Source: a virus. Taken from it: a stretch of DNA of 64,000 bases. Numbering within the stretch: the stretch's first letter is position 1; each line of letters opens with the position of its first letter. Of the stretch, positions 19,311 to 27,660 are shown in pieces. The position numbers and the translations under genes were made by a program. The notes under the pieces are model-generated. The model ran no database searches and had not been told where the DNA came from. It saw only the letters and a list, made by a program, of their open reading frames with translations. The stretch is from the IMG/VR virus record IMGVR_UViG_3300033151_000166, positions 1 through 64,000 of that record; one strand, 5' to 3'.

Positions 19311-19345
19311 AAAGGTAAATGATCTATAAGGTATAATTGTTCTAA

Positions 19346-19358
19346 CTTGTGATATAAT
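19346..19358 (+). promoter_or_regulatory. Extended -10 promoter
   Basis: CTTGTGATATAAT. Confidence 0.8.
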
Positions 19359-19391
19359 ATATATAAATAAAGATATATAAATGGAGAAAGA

Positions 19392-19796
19392 ATGCAGTTA
19401 AAGCAGATACCAGAGGGATATAACACTTCCGTGCCTATGTGGCACATGGAGGAACCATCTACAGATGACATCACATACCCTGAAGCTGAATTGGCACAAA
19501 GGATTAGACGTCTTAAAGCAGTGGACCGACCGAAGCATATGACCATACCTGAACATAAGGGACATATGGCAGATCTACTAGGCTTCAGCTTTGTACCTCA
19601 AGACGCAAACCTAATGGCATGGGAGAAGTATGAGAACCCTTACTATATATACTATATGGGCTGGAACAGTACGTTAGCCGGTGGTGCTCATGTCGCGCCT
19701 CAGTTCTTAGGTTACGACACTGCGTACTGGAATGTAGGTGTCAAGGCCATTATCCGAGACATGATGAAGGGAGAACTACTCGCGTCAGGATGCTAG
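19392..19796 (+). CDS. Hypothetical protein
   Basis: GGAGA RBS; follows a promoter. Confidence 0.7.
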   Translation: MQLKQIPEGYNTSVPMWHMEEPSTDDITYPEAELAQRIRRLKAVDRPKHMTIPEHKGHMADLLGFSFVPQDANLMAWEKYENPYYIYYMGWNSTLAGGAHVAPQFLGYDTAYWNVGVKAIIRDMMKGELLASGC

Positions 19797-19803
19797 TGAT
19801 GTT

Positions 19804-20541
19804 GTGCTGTCTGCGACTGCTCTTGACAGTCGATCGCGTCAAGCTCGCCGCGATCAGAGACTTGACGAACTACTCGAGGTTGACGAAGCCGTTAGAAAAC
19901 AGGTTGGCAAGTACTACTGGCAATGGCCCGGTCAAGAGCAAGGACTATACCTAAAGACCTTTGGACCTAACAAGACAGCTGTACATACGAGTCCTGTGAC
20001 TACTCTAATCAACTTCATCTCTGGTAAGCCCGGTGTGAATGGCCGTGCTCACTTCTATGAGCTGGCTGGTAAACGCATCTATCGCTTTGTTCCTTGGGAT
20101 GCTCGGCTAAATGTGCCTGACCATGAGATACTAATAGACGTGGCTACAGACCTCTCGCCCTTGTTTAATGGAGAGCCTGTGTATGACCGATCTACTCATA
20201 GATGGTGTGACTGGCCACAGTGGCTGACGAAGATTCTAGTGCCTAAGTATCTGGTGCGTGGTGCCAATGGCCTTCGTGATGGCAACAGACTCGCTAACTA
20301 CATTAACCGTGTTAAGCAAGGTAAGATGACGGGTACAGGTGGTTACTTTGCCATCACGAGAGAAGATTACATGAGTTTTATAGGTCTCGATCGCTTCGAT
20401 GACCGTATGCACGCCACCAGATCTGAGGTAACACATACATATGTGCAGACGCATTTCGATGGCAAAGGTCAACTGACATTTCCTGACTGGCAGCAAGATA
20501 ACTTTGTACCAGTAGTAGAGGAGTATAGCACCGGACCCTGA
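19804..20541 (+). CDS. Hypothetical protein
   Basis: 245-aa ORF, GTG start uncertain. Confidence 0.65.
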   Translation: MLSATALDSRSRQARRDQRLDELLEVDEAVRKQVGKYYWQWPGQEQGLYLKTFGPNKTAVHTSPVTTLINFISGKPGVNGRAHFYELAGKRIYRFVPWDARLNVPDHEILIDVATDLSPLFNGEPVYDRSTHRWCDWPQWLTKILVPKYLVRGANGLRDGNRLANYINRVKQGKMTGTGGYFAITREDYMSFIGLDRFDDRMHATRSEVTHTYVQTHFDGKGQLTFPDWQQDNFVPVVEEYSTGP

Positions 20542-20613
20542 AGAGACTATTAACATGGATGGTGTGTCATTGGCTGAGCTTGAAGCTATGTTCGATGAGC
20601 AAGGAGAGATATA

Positions 20614-20769
20614 ATGTTAGGCTTATTTGATTGGATGCTGCTAGATTGCATTACCTCTGAGGTAGAGCTAATAGACGTCCCAGACATTACCGTAGACGTA
20701 GATACTAGCATCGATGTTCCTGATATTGATCTTGACTTAGATATACCCGACTGTGATGATATATTTTAA
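20614..20769 (+). CDS. Highly acidic 51-aa protein (not in ORF track)
   Basis: AAGGAG RBS; 14 Asp and 2 Glu, no Lys/Arg/His. Confidence 0.7.
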   Translation: MLGLFDWMLLDCITSEVELIDVPDITVDVDTSIDVPDIDLDLDIPDCDDIF

Positions 20770-20866
20770 TCCTGACTGGGTATTCACAGTGTATGTGCTA
20801 GTACAGACTGTACTTGCCATTGCTCTAGGTCACTCTGTCTATAACATACTAAAGGAGTGGTTATGA
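20756..20866 (+). CDS. Small membrane peptide (36 aa)
   Basis: MIYFNPDWVFTVYVLVQTVLAIALGHSVYNILKEWL; fills the gap and ATGA-overlaps the next ORF; weak RBS. Confidence 0.4.
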   Translation: MIYFNPDWVFTVYVLVQTVLAIALGHSVYNILKEWL

Positions 20867-20943
20867 CATATACAGGCGCAGTGGTTTTATTGCTGCTAAT
20901 AGTTGTGGGGCTGGCATCAGTTCTAGTCCCAGGGTATAAATAA
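20863..20943 (+). CDS. Small membrane peptide (26 aa)
   Basis: AAAGGAG RBS; MTYTGAVVLLLLIVVGLASVLVPGYK. Confidence 0.6.
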   Translation: MTYTGAVVLLLLIVVGLASVLVPGYK

Positions 20944-20948
20944 TGATA

Positions 20949-20961
20949 CTTGTGATATAAT
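20949..20961 (+). promoter_or_regulatory. Extended -10 promoter
   Basis: CTTGTGATATAAT. Confidence 0.8.
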
Positions 20962-20985
20962 TATATATATCATAAGAAAGGATGA

Positions 20986-21249
20986 TTGATGTTAGACCTA
21001 CTAATGTGTGACGGGGAACAAGCACTGTATGTGTTCCCAGAAGAACGTAAAGTAATATGGAATGAGCGTACCTACAATAGCATGGGCAATGGCGTGTTCT
21101 TTGGCCCTGGTGGACCGATTAGCGTTGACCTAGATAAGGGTACAGTAAGCGTTGGCAAGCACGTATTCTTGTGTACGGACCAACCGAAGCCAGATACTAC
21201 TATCATGGTTGATGAGACTCAGTACCTATGTAAAGAGATACAGTGGTAG
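20986..21249 (+). CDS. Hypothetical beta-rich protein (paralogue of the next gene)
   Basis: AAAGGA RBS; shares CD..VIW..G..G.I..DLD...C pattern with 21243-21443. Confidence 0.7.
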   Translation: MMLDLLMCDGEQALYVFPEERKVIWNERTYNSMGNGVFFGPGGPISVDLDKGTVSVGKHVFLCTDQPKPDTTIMVDETQYLCKEIQW

Positions 21250-21443
21250 AGCTCATGCTAGTATGTGACTACCATCAGTTAGTTGTTATCCCTAAGAATG
21301 TTATCTGGGATAATGAGATCTTTTGGCAGATCAGTAGTACCATATACCGAGGCGAGTCTGGCTATATTAATATAGACCTAGACTCAATGACTATATTCGT
21401 CAATGACGATTTATACAAATGTAAGGAGGCACCAGATGCCTAA
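21243..21443 (+). CDS. Hypothetical beta-rich protein (paralogue of the previous gene)
   Basis: Pattern similarity to 20986-21249. Confidence 0.65.
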   Translation: MVELMLVCDYHQLVVIPKNVIWDNEIFWQISSTIYRGESGYINIDLDSMTIFVNDDLYKCKEAPDA

Positions 21444-21837
21444 GAGAAGTAGAGAACCAATATTTGAAAGTGAGCTTGGTTACATTATAACTCACGATGA
21501 CTTAGGTCATAGACCCAATTTACCTGAGTTACTAACTGAACTAACAGAGATGTGTAGTGCAATGAGTGATGGCATCGTACAAGCAGATGAGCGTCAAGAG
21601 TTGATTGCTGAACTGTTCTACTTTAGTGTTCGTGATGGTCGCCGTGTACTCAGTGTTATGGCCCCTCTAAAGCCTTGCCCATTCTGTGGTAACGATGATA
21701 TTGATGGTAAACGTGGTAGTGGCGATGATCGAGACTACTGGTACTATGAGTGTAGTCAATGTAATGTACGTCTACCACTATGCCGTACCAATAGTGATGC
21801 AATCAATGCCTGGAACACTCGTGTCGACTGCAATTGA
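21436..21837 (+). CDS. Lar-family restriction alleviation domain protein
   Basis: LKPCPFCG...ECSQC...AINAWNTR; AAGGAGG RBS before ATG 21436. Confidence 0.8.
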   Translation: MPKRSREPIFESELGYIITHDDLGHRPNLPELLTELTEMCSAMSDGIVQADERQELIAELFYFSVRDGRRVLSVMAPLKPCPFCGNDDIDGKRGSGDDRDYWYYECSQCNVRLPLCRTNSDAINAWNTRVDCN

Positions 21838-22051
21838 TCTACTAGTCTACGACGTCATAGACGTACATGACTTCAAAGAGTTAGAGATGATACTTGATGA
21901 ACTCGAGGTCACTCTAACCGACTGTTGGGTTATCAAGAATAGACTCGAAGCTTTCGAGCTTGATGCTCTATCTAAGACAGACCCTAACAATATGGCTGCA
22001 AGCTTTGCTAAGACGTGTGAGCTTGTAGTACAATACTATCAACGATTCTAA
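21686..22051 (+). CDS. Hypothetical protein (true start probably near 21806-21822)
   Basis: The 3' part fills the gap to the next gene; the 5' part overlaps the Lar gene. Confidence 0.55.
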   Translation: MVTMILMVNVVVAMIETTGTMSVVNVMYVYHYAVPIVMQSMPGTLVSTAIDLLVYDVIDVHDFKELEMILDELEVTLTDCWVIKNRLEAFELDALSKTDPNNMAASFAKTCELVVQYYQRF

Positions 22052-22061
22052 AGGACGGACT

Positions 22062-22460
22062 ATGATGAACCAAAAACAAATGAGAGACCTAGACTACTTC
22101 CTATCACGTGGTGTGCTTGCAGGCAGTAGAGCCTGGTCAACTAACTTCAAGGCTGATGCTGACTATGATATCTTTATGTACTGGGCAGATGTACCAGATG
22201 ATATTAAACGTAGTGACAGCATCGTTAACTATGGTCAAGCAGCTGGAGTGATCTCAGTATTCTATGTCATCACTGCTGAAGGTGAGACTATCAACGTACA
22301 AACAGTGAAAGACCCTCAAACTTTATACAAGTTTAGACTGGCGTCACTAATCATGAAGCAGCTGTTCCCTATCAATGACAAGGTCAAACGTATCAAGCAC
22401 TGGCGTCATGCACTGACCATGGCAAATGTTCAACCCTACAGAGAATACACGACTGACTAG
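22062..22460 (+). CDS. Minimal nucleotidyltransferase (Pol-beta superfamily)
   Basis: LAGSRAW...DADYDIF = hGS-x-DxD motif. Confidence 0.7.
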   Translation: MMNQKQMRDLDYFLSRGVLAGSRAWSTNFKADADYDIFMYWADVPDDIKRSDSIVNYGQAAGVISVFYVITAEGETINVQTVKDPQTLYKFRLASLIMKQLFPINDKVKRIKHWRHALTMANVQPYREYTTD

Positions 22461-22518
22461 ACTACCCTCTTCACAATTACCCTATAGTAAAGTGTATACA
22501 CTTTACTAAGGACTCACA

Positions 22519-23535
22519 ATGGCATTGGCAATCATAGATGGCAATAACGGCTTATACGATGGCAACTCATACCTCTATGATGCCCACTACTACTATGACA
22601 TAGGTCATATGACACAGTACTCAAAGATACCTTCATCTGAATACCTACAGTACAACACTGGTGGCACGCACGAAGGTATACCTAGATACTTTGACGGTAA
22701 CGTAGAGCTTATAACCAATGCTGATGGCAGACAACCTCAGCGACCATTCAAGGGTCTAACACAAGACGGTATACTATTCCAGATACTAGAGACACTTAAG
22801 GGTTGGCCTAAGGATAACTCTAACATCTTTGTGTACAAGAACAAATATGGTGAGGTAGAGCTGGTACAAGCGTATGCAGTTGGTGGTACACAAACAGTCG
22901 TGTCTCATATGCTATGTTTTAATGATAACAAATATAGAAACCATGATACTTATAACCTTCGCTACGCAACTAAGTTCTTGAATGCTAATATTCCTAATCG
23001 CAATGCAGTTCCACTCACTACAACAACCAAGACACCTTGGGACTCGACACTGCAAACACCTGATCGTACTGAGTGTTATATGCTACGTGGCAGCCATAAG
23101 CTATGGAAGATCAACAACAAGTACTATGATGCCGTGGGAAATCAATTAGCTGCAATGGCCCTGGCATCACCAAGAGTCAATGAACTTATATATGCTACCG
23201 ATACAGGTAAACCATTTGAAGGCGTAGTACCTCAACACCTAATATACGAAGCGGGTGCCGCCTATGATAGTTATGGCACTAACTTAGACATACCATTCAC
23301 ATACTCATTCGATGAGATAGTACTATCTAGACAAGAGAAATCACTCAAGGGACCACTCAATATACGTGGCTTATACTACTGGTGTACACTTGAGTTTGCT
23401 ACTAATCCTACTGGTGTTACTGGTCTTTATAAGATCAATAGCTATTTAGAGACTGACATAAGTCGTCTACCATCACGTGATATGATGGTTGGGATTGAGC
23501 ATAATAAAGATGTAGTGATTACCTCAACAAGTTAA
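22519..23535 (+). CDS. Hypothetical Tyr/Gly/Thr-rich protein
   Basis: 338 aa; AAGGA RBS. Confidence 0.7.
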   Translation: MALAIIDGNNGLYDGNSYLYDAHYYYDIGHMTQYSKIPSSEYLQYNTGGTHEGIPRYFDGNVELITNADGRQPQRPFKGLTQDGILFQILETLKGWPKDNSNIFVYKNKYGEVELVQAYAVGGTQTVVSHMLCFNDNKYRNHDTYNLRYATKFLNANIPNRNAVPLTTTTKTPWDSTLQTPDRTECYMLRGSHKLWKINNKYYDAVGNQLAAMALASPRVNELIYATDTGKPFEGVVPQHLIYEAGAAYDSYGTNLDIPFTYSFDEIVLSRQEKSLKGPLNIRGLYYWCTLEFATNPTGVTGLYKINSYLETDISRLPSRDMMVGIEHNKDVVITSTS

Positions 23536-23545
23536 TTACTTACAA

Positions 23546-23558
23546 CTTGTGATATAAT
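23546..23558 (+). promoter_or_regulatory. Extended -10 promoter
   Basis: CTTGTGATATAAT. Confidence 0.8.
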
Positions 23559-23577
23559 ATAATTTAAGGAGTTACAA

Positions 23578-24198
23578 ATGGCTGATACAGGACTTTTATT
23601 ACGCGGGGATCTATTCAACAATATCTTTATAGACCCAGTCGTTACACGTGAAATAGCTATTGCTGGGGCTTGGCTTAGTGCTGGTACTGACAATGGTACT
23701 GGTGGAACTGACGTACACTATCTGAATCTAGCAGCGCTTGCTAAGATAGGAAAATTGAATGATGATCAAGGCTCTAGCGATGCTGGCCTTAAGACTTCCG
23801 ATCTTCCGATCACTTTCGACGGTGGACTATTTAACCAGCAACCAGAAGGCATCATCGTTGATGAGAACTTCATGTTGTACTTCGCAGCTCTAGGCTTTAA
23901 AGAAGTAACAGAGGACAAGCTGACATTCTTGGATGACAGCTTCCTTGACCTACCGTATCTAAAGTTCCTCAACTATCTACCAGATGTAGCTGCAACAGCA
24001 GTTGATATCACTGTTACTTGGAACCAGGGTGTTAAAGCTCAGATTACCAATGAGACGAGTGGCACTGCCCTAGGCTATGCTACGACCTCTGGTTCCCCTT
24101 ACGTATATCCAGTTGCACCAGCAGCTAATGATATTATTAGTGTTGCAATGATTGATGGTACTTTCAATGCAGCTAAGAAACAAACTATAACTATTTAA
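23578..24198 (+). CDS. Hypothetical protein, C-terminal beta-sandwich-like segment
   Basis: AAGGAG RBS; 206 aa. Confidence 0.7.
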   Translation: MADTGLLLRGDLFNNIFIDPVVTREIAIAGAWLSAGTDNGTGGTDVHYLNLAALAKIGKLNDDQGSSDAGLKTSDLPITFDGGLFNQQPEGIIVDENFMLYFAALGFKEVTEDKLTFLDDSFLDLPYLKFLNYLPDVAATAVDITVTWNQGVKAQITNETSGTALGYATTSGSPYVYPVAPAANDIISVAMIDGTFNAAKKQTITI

Positions 24199-24206
24199 GG
24201 ACCCTT

Positions 24207-24512
24207 ATGAATAAAGCTTACAAAGATCTCGTGGACGGACTAGCTCAAGTCGGTGATGCACTCGTTGCAATTGGTGAAGATCCTACACCAGCACCTATTA
24301 AGTTACTTGTATCTGAACTGGTTAATAAACTTAACCTCAACAATGGCGATGCTGTTGACACTCTAACAATGTTGCGCTATGCCGTTGATAATGATGATGA
24401 AACACTGACTAAACTCACTGCTTACATCACTACTAAACCAGGTGAAGCTCCAGTTGCTGAAGCAGTTGTTGAACCTGAACCAGAAGCTGAGCCTACACCT
24501 ACTAAGGCTTAA
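24207..24512 (+). CDS. Hypothetical acidic protein
   Basis: AAGGA RBS; EP-rich tail. Confidence 0.7.
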   Translation: MNKAYKDLVDGLAQVGDALVAIGEDPTPAPIKLLVSELVNKLNLNNGDAVDTLTMLRYAVDNDDETLTKLTAYITTKPGEAPVAEAVVEPEPEAEPTPTKA

Positions 24513-24514
24513 GC

Positions 24515-24748
24515 ATGCACCCTATGGACTTATGCCCGGCGGACTATCCGGCATCAGAAGACTGTAAAAAGATCTTCTGTGAATACCGTAACAAGAAGGG
24601 CAAATGCTCCTTAGACATACAGCTTGAGAACCGCCCTTATGAGGTGGCTGAGATAGCTGATATCCTACAAATCTCTCGTCAACGCATCTGGCGTCTATAT
24701 GACTCAGGTGTTGCAAAGATGAAAAATCTAGTTAACCGGTACTATTGA
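24515..24748 (+). CDS. Sigma70 region-4-like HTH protein with N-terminal Cys cluster
   Basis: YEVAEIADILQISRQRIWRLYDSGVAKMK resembles RpoD region 4.2; four Cys in the N-terminus. Confidence 0.7.
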   Translation: MHPMDLCPADYPASEDCKKIFCEYRNKKGKCSLDIQLENRPYEVAEIADILQISRQRIWRLYDSGVAKMKNLVNRYY

Positions 24749-24777
24749 TAATTAAAGCTCTCGAGCTTTTTTATCAT
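24747..24777 (+). terminator. Intrinsic terminator
   Basis: AAAGCT-CTCG-AGCTTT stem followed by a T run. Confidence 0.5.
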
Positions 24778-24779
24778 TA

Positions 24780-24792
24780 CTTGTGATATAAT
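24780..24792 (+). promoter_or_regulatory. Extended -10 promoter
   Basis: CTTGTGATATAAT. Confidence 0.8.
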
Positions 24793-24819
24793 TATACATA
24801 TCAAAAGTAAGGATAAACA

Positions 24820-25035
24820 ATGGAAATTCCAATGCAGTCAGTCGAGAGCTCAAACATCGACTCAATCGGTTATGATCAAGACAGTGAGACTCTTTATGTA
24901 GAGTTCAAATCAGGTATTACATACAAGTACGAGAATGTCCCATTCTATAAGTACACTGAACTAATGGATGCTAACAGTGTTGGTCGCTATCTCAATGCTG
25001 AGATTAAGGGCGCACATGAGTATTCCAGACTATAA
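24820..25035 (+). CDS. KTSC domain protein
   Basis: VESSNIDSIGYD...LYVEFKSG..YKY.NVP...LM.A.SVGRYLN..IKG. Confidence 0.92.
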   Translation: MEIPMQSVESSNIDSIGYDQDSETLYVEFKSGITYKYENVPFYKYTELMDANSVGRYLNAEIKGAHEYSRL

Positions 25036-25345
25036 ACTTGAGTTCAGCTGCTGGGACCTAAAAGATAAGCACTTGAAAGAGTACAACATCTGGTACTACG
25101 GCACTGACTTAGGTATCATCTGTATGAAGGTGGTAGATGGCGACTTAGAGATACATAACATCTTTATTGATGAAGCTTACAGAGGCAATGCTCACGGAGC
25201 AAGCTTAGTGAGTCAGTTAAGAGTTTATGTTGATCGGGTAACAGCAGTGGACGTAGTTCCAGATGCTGAAGGTTTCTGGGAAAAGATAGGCGTAGATATC
25301 ATTAGACACCCTCACTTTCTTGGCGATCAAACTATTGAAGGATAA
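25016..25345 (+). CDS. GNAT-family acetyltransferase
   Basis: IHNIFIDEAYRGNAHGASL acetyl-CoA motif A; AEGFWEKIG. Confidence 0.85.
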   Translation: MSIPDYKLEFSCWDLKDKHLKEYNIWYYGTDLGIICMKVVDGDLEIHNIFIDEAYRGNAHGASLVSQLRVYVDRVTAVDVVPDAEGFWEKIGVDIIRHPHFLGDQTIEG

Positions 25346-25348
25346 GAT

Positions 25349-25579
25349 ATGAAGGCAGTTACACTAACTAGTCTAGGTTTAGAAGATTATAAGCCTGAGA
25401 CGATTGAAGACGAGATATCTAAGCGAGCTACTAACTTTGCTCGTTATGCTATGGCAGATGTAGAGTATGCACTGCAAGTCCTAGGTATGAAGATGGACGC
25501 CGAGCAGTACGAGCAAGCCTTTAGAGCTATGATGGTTCGTAAAGCTAAGAACGAGGTTCGTAAGTATAATGCAGGATAA
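25349..25579 (+). CDS. Hypothetical protein
   Basis: AAGGA RBS. Confidence 0.65.
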   Translation: MKAVTLTSLGLEDYKPETIEDEISKRATNFARYAMADVEYALQVLGMKMDAEQYEQAFRAMMVRKAKNEVRKYNAG

Positions 25580-25754
25580 AATAGTTATATCTAACTTGAT
25601 ACACTTTATGGAGTTTATCAAGAGAGAGGTATATACAGCTGAGATACCAGAGAATAAGAAGGCTCTGGTAGCTAAACGAATGCAAGACCTAGCTAAACAA
25701 GGCTATGACTTGGCAAAGAATGGTGCTATAACCATTACTATAAAGGAAGACTAG
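25569..25754 (+). CDS. Hypothetical protein
   Basis: Overlapping operon ORF. Confidence 0.6.
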   Translation: MQDKIVISNLIHFMEFIKREVYTAEIPENKKALVAKRMQDLAKQGYDLAKNGAITITIKED

Positions 25755-26012
25755 ATGTATGCAAATGATATGAAAGACGGTATGGCCATTAAGATGACCC
25801 ATGGTAGAGAAGGTCACTGTCGTGACAACAAGAGAGGTATCATTAGAGTAGTTGAGGTACCAGTATTCGGTGGTCAACAAGGCACTGACGTTGGCTCATG
25901 CTATGTAGACGAGATTTTGAAGATTCAAGACTTCGAGGGTGAGTGGCATGCTATGGAGTTAACCAAAGCACATAAGAAGACACTTATTGATATTAGAAAC
26001 GAGGGCTGGTAA
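25755..26012 (+). CDS. Hypothetical protein
   Basis: AAAGGA RBS. Confidence 0.65.
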   Translation: MYANDMKDGMAIKMTHGREGHCRDNKRGIIRVVEVPVFGGQQGTDVGSCYVDEILKIQDFEGEWHAMELTKAHKKTLIDIRNEGW

Positions 26013-26311
26013 TGTTTGACTGGAAAGAGCTTGAAAAGTTGGTAGACGATGGTCGATCACCACTGGCTGAAGACTTGATCAGAACAGATGAGAAAGCAGT
26101 TCATGCTTTTATCTTAGCTCGTTACTTGATGAGTAATAACAAAATCGGGTTCATCATGCTACTAAGCTTGATTGATCGTCGCGAGGTGTCTGTAGTCATT
26201 GCAGCACATCAACTGTGGATGATCTTTAACCTCAAACAGTTGAAAGACATGGCAACTATAGCATATGAAGAGGCTCCAGAGCTATTTGTTAGACCAGAGA
26301 CTCAAGAGTAA
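26012..26311 (+). CDS. Hypothetical protein
   Basis: TAATG coupling. Confidence 0.65.
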   Translation: MFDWKELEKLVDDGRSPLAEDLIRTDEKAVHAFILARYLMSNNKIGFIMLLSLIDRREVSVVIAAHQLWMIFNLKQLKDMATIAYEEAPELFVRPETQE

Positions 26312-26327
26312 GCACTCCACGAGAATA

Positions 26328-26340
26328 CTCGTGGTATAAT
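26328..26340 (+). promoter_or_regulatory. Extended -10 promoter variant
   Basis: CTCGTGGTATAAT. Confidence 0.7.
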
Positions 26341-26466
26341 ATAATTTATAGAGGATATTTGCTGATGTAAATGTCCTCTTAGATTATATCACAGACTAAG
26401 AACTGTGCGGTATGGCTCACGGATTGAGCTTAAAAGTTAACATTTAATCGAAATGGAGGTTGATAA

Positions 26467-27429
26467 ATGGCGTATGAATCAAAAGAGTATGGAAGTTTTC
26501 TTTCAGCTAAGAAGAAGTCTAATATAAATGGCGTGGCACTGTTAAAGTCCAATAGTAATTTATACATTGAAGAGAAATTTGATGGTCACCGTCTTGTCAT
26601 CAGCAAAGTAAATGGTATTTACAGAGCGATGACTAGAGGTGGTAAAGATAAGATGGATATTATTCCTCATATCGAAGCAGCTCTAGAACTAATGGAGTTA
26701 CCAGATGATACGATCATTGATACTGAAGCTATTGTCTTGGACGCAGAAGATCGTTGGGCAGCTACACAGTCTGAACTTGGATCCCATGGCGCTTGTACTA
26801 CTGCTGTCTCTATTATTATATTTGATATTCAGCGTTGGGCGGGTGTAGATCATTCCACAAGCTTCTACCTAGATCGTAGAGCAGTCGTTAAAGAGTGGGT
26901 CGCTGATCACTCTATCAATTCGCGGAAGCCAATTGATAAGACTGAGTCTACGAACTTTGTAGAGACTAACGTTCATTATTCCAGAGCATGGCCCGTATCA
27001 GCATACGAAAGCCACTGGAATAGAATTGTTACAACTGGTGGACGTGAAGGTTTAATGCTTAAAGACAATGCATCTAATCGTTATAACTATGGTTGGACCA
27101 AAGTCAAAAAGCTTATTGAAGTAGACTGTTTTGTTATTGGTACTACCAAGGGTAAAGGTAAGTATGAAGGTATGATCGGGGCTCTTGAAGTCGCAGTATA
27201 CAATCATGGTACTATCTATCCTATAGGTAAGATAACTTCTTTAGGCGACTTACAAAATCGTGCTGAAGCAACTCAATTAGCTATTGATAACAACCTTAAA
27301 TTCAAGGTTCTAACAGTTGAATGTAATGAGGTCACAAAAGATCTTAAGCTACGTCACGGTGTATTCGTTAAGTGGTACCCAGACAAGCTTAAAGATGAGT
27401 GCTTACTAGACCAGCTCAAGGAAGACTAA
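26467..27429 (+). CDS. lig: ATP-dependent DNA ligase
   Basis: EEKFDGHR (motif I), IIDTEA, IFDI, EGLMLK, WTKVK and a C-terminal OB fold. Confidence 0.93.
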   Translation: MAYESKEYGSFLSAKKKSNINGVALLKSNSNLYIEEKFDGHRLVISKVNGIYRAMTRGGKDKMDIIPHIEAALELMELPDDTIIDTEAIVLDAEDRWAATQSELGSHGACTTAVSIIIFDIQRWAGVDHSTSFYLDRRAVVKEWVADHSINSRKPIDKTESTNFVETNVHYSRAWPVSAYESHWNRIVTTGGREGLMLKDNASNRYNYGWTKVKKLIEVDCFVIGTTKGKGKYEGMIGALEVAVYNHGTIYPIGKITSLGDLQNRAEATQLAIDNNLKFKVLTVECNEVTKDLKLRHGVFVKWYPDKLKDECLLDQLKED

Positions 27430-27618
27430 ATGACACATAATGGATGGTTCGTTAACCCTCATAATGCTAATTTAGCAGTGAACTTAGAGCAGGCATCTAC
27501 TCTAGACTTGAAAGACAATAAGGTCATCATTAGCGGTATCAGAATTTGGACTTTCGAGTCTGACACTGTAGCCGCTAGAGTTTTCGAACAGATGATTAGG
27601 ACTGCTCAGCAAAAATGA
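27430..27618 (+). CDS. Hypothetical protein
   Basis: AAGGA RBS. Confidence 0.65.
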   Translation: MTHNGWFVNPHNANLAVNLEQASTLDLKDNKVIISGIRIWTFESDTVAARVFEQMIRTAQQK

Positions 27619-27647
27619 GCTAACAATTACAAGTAGCATAACAACTA

Positions 27648-27660
27648 CTTGTGATATAAT
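27648..27660 (+). promoter_or_regulatory. Extended -10 promoter
   Basis: CTTGTGATATAAT. Confidence 0.8.
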
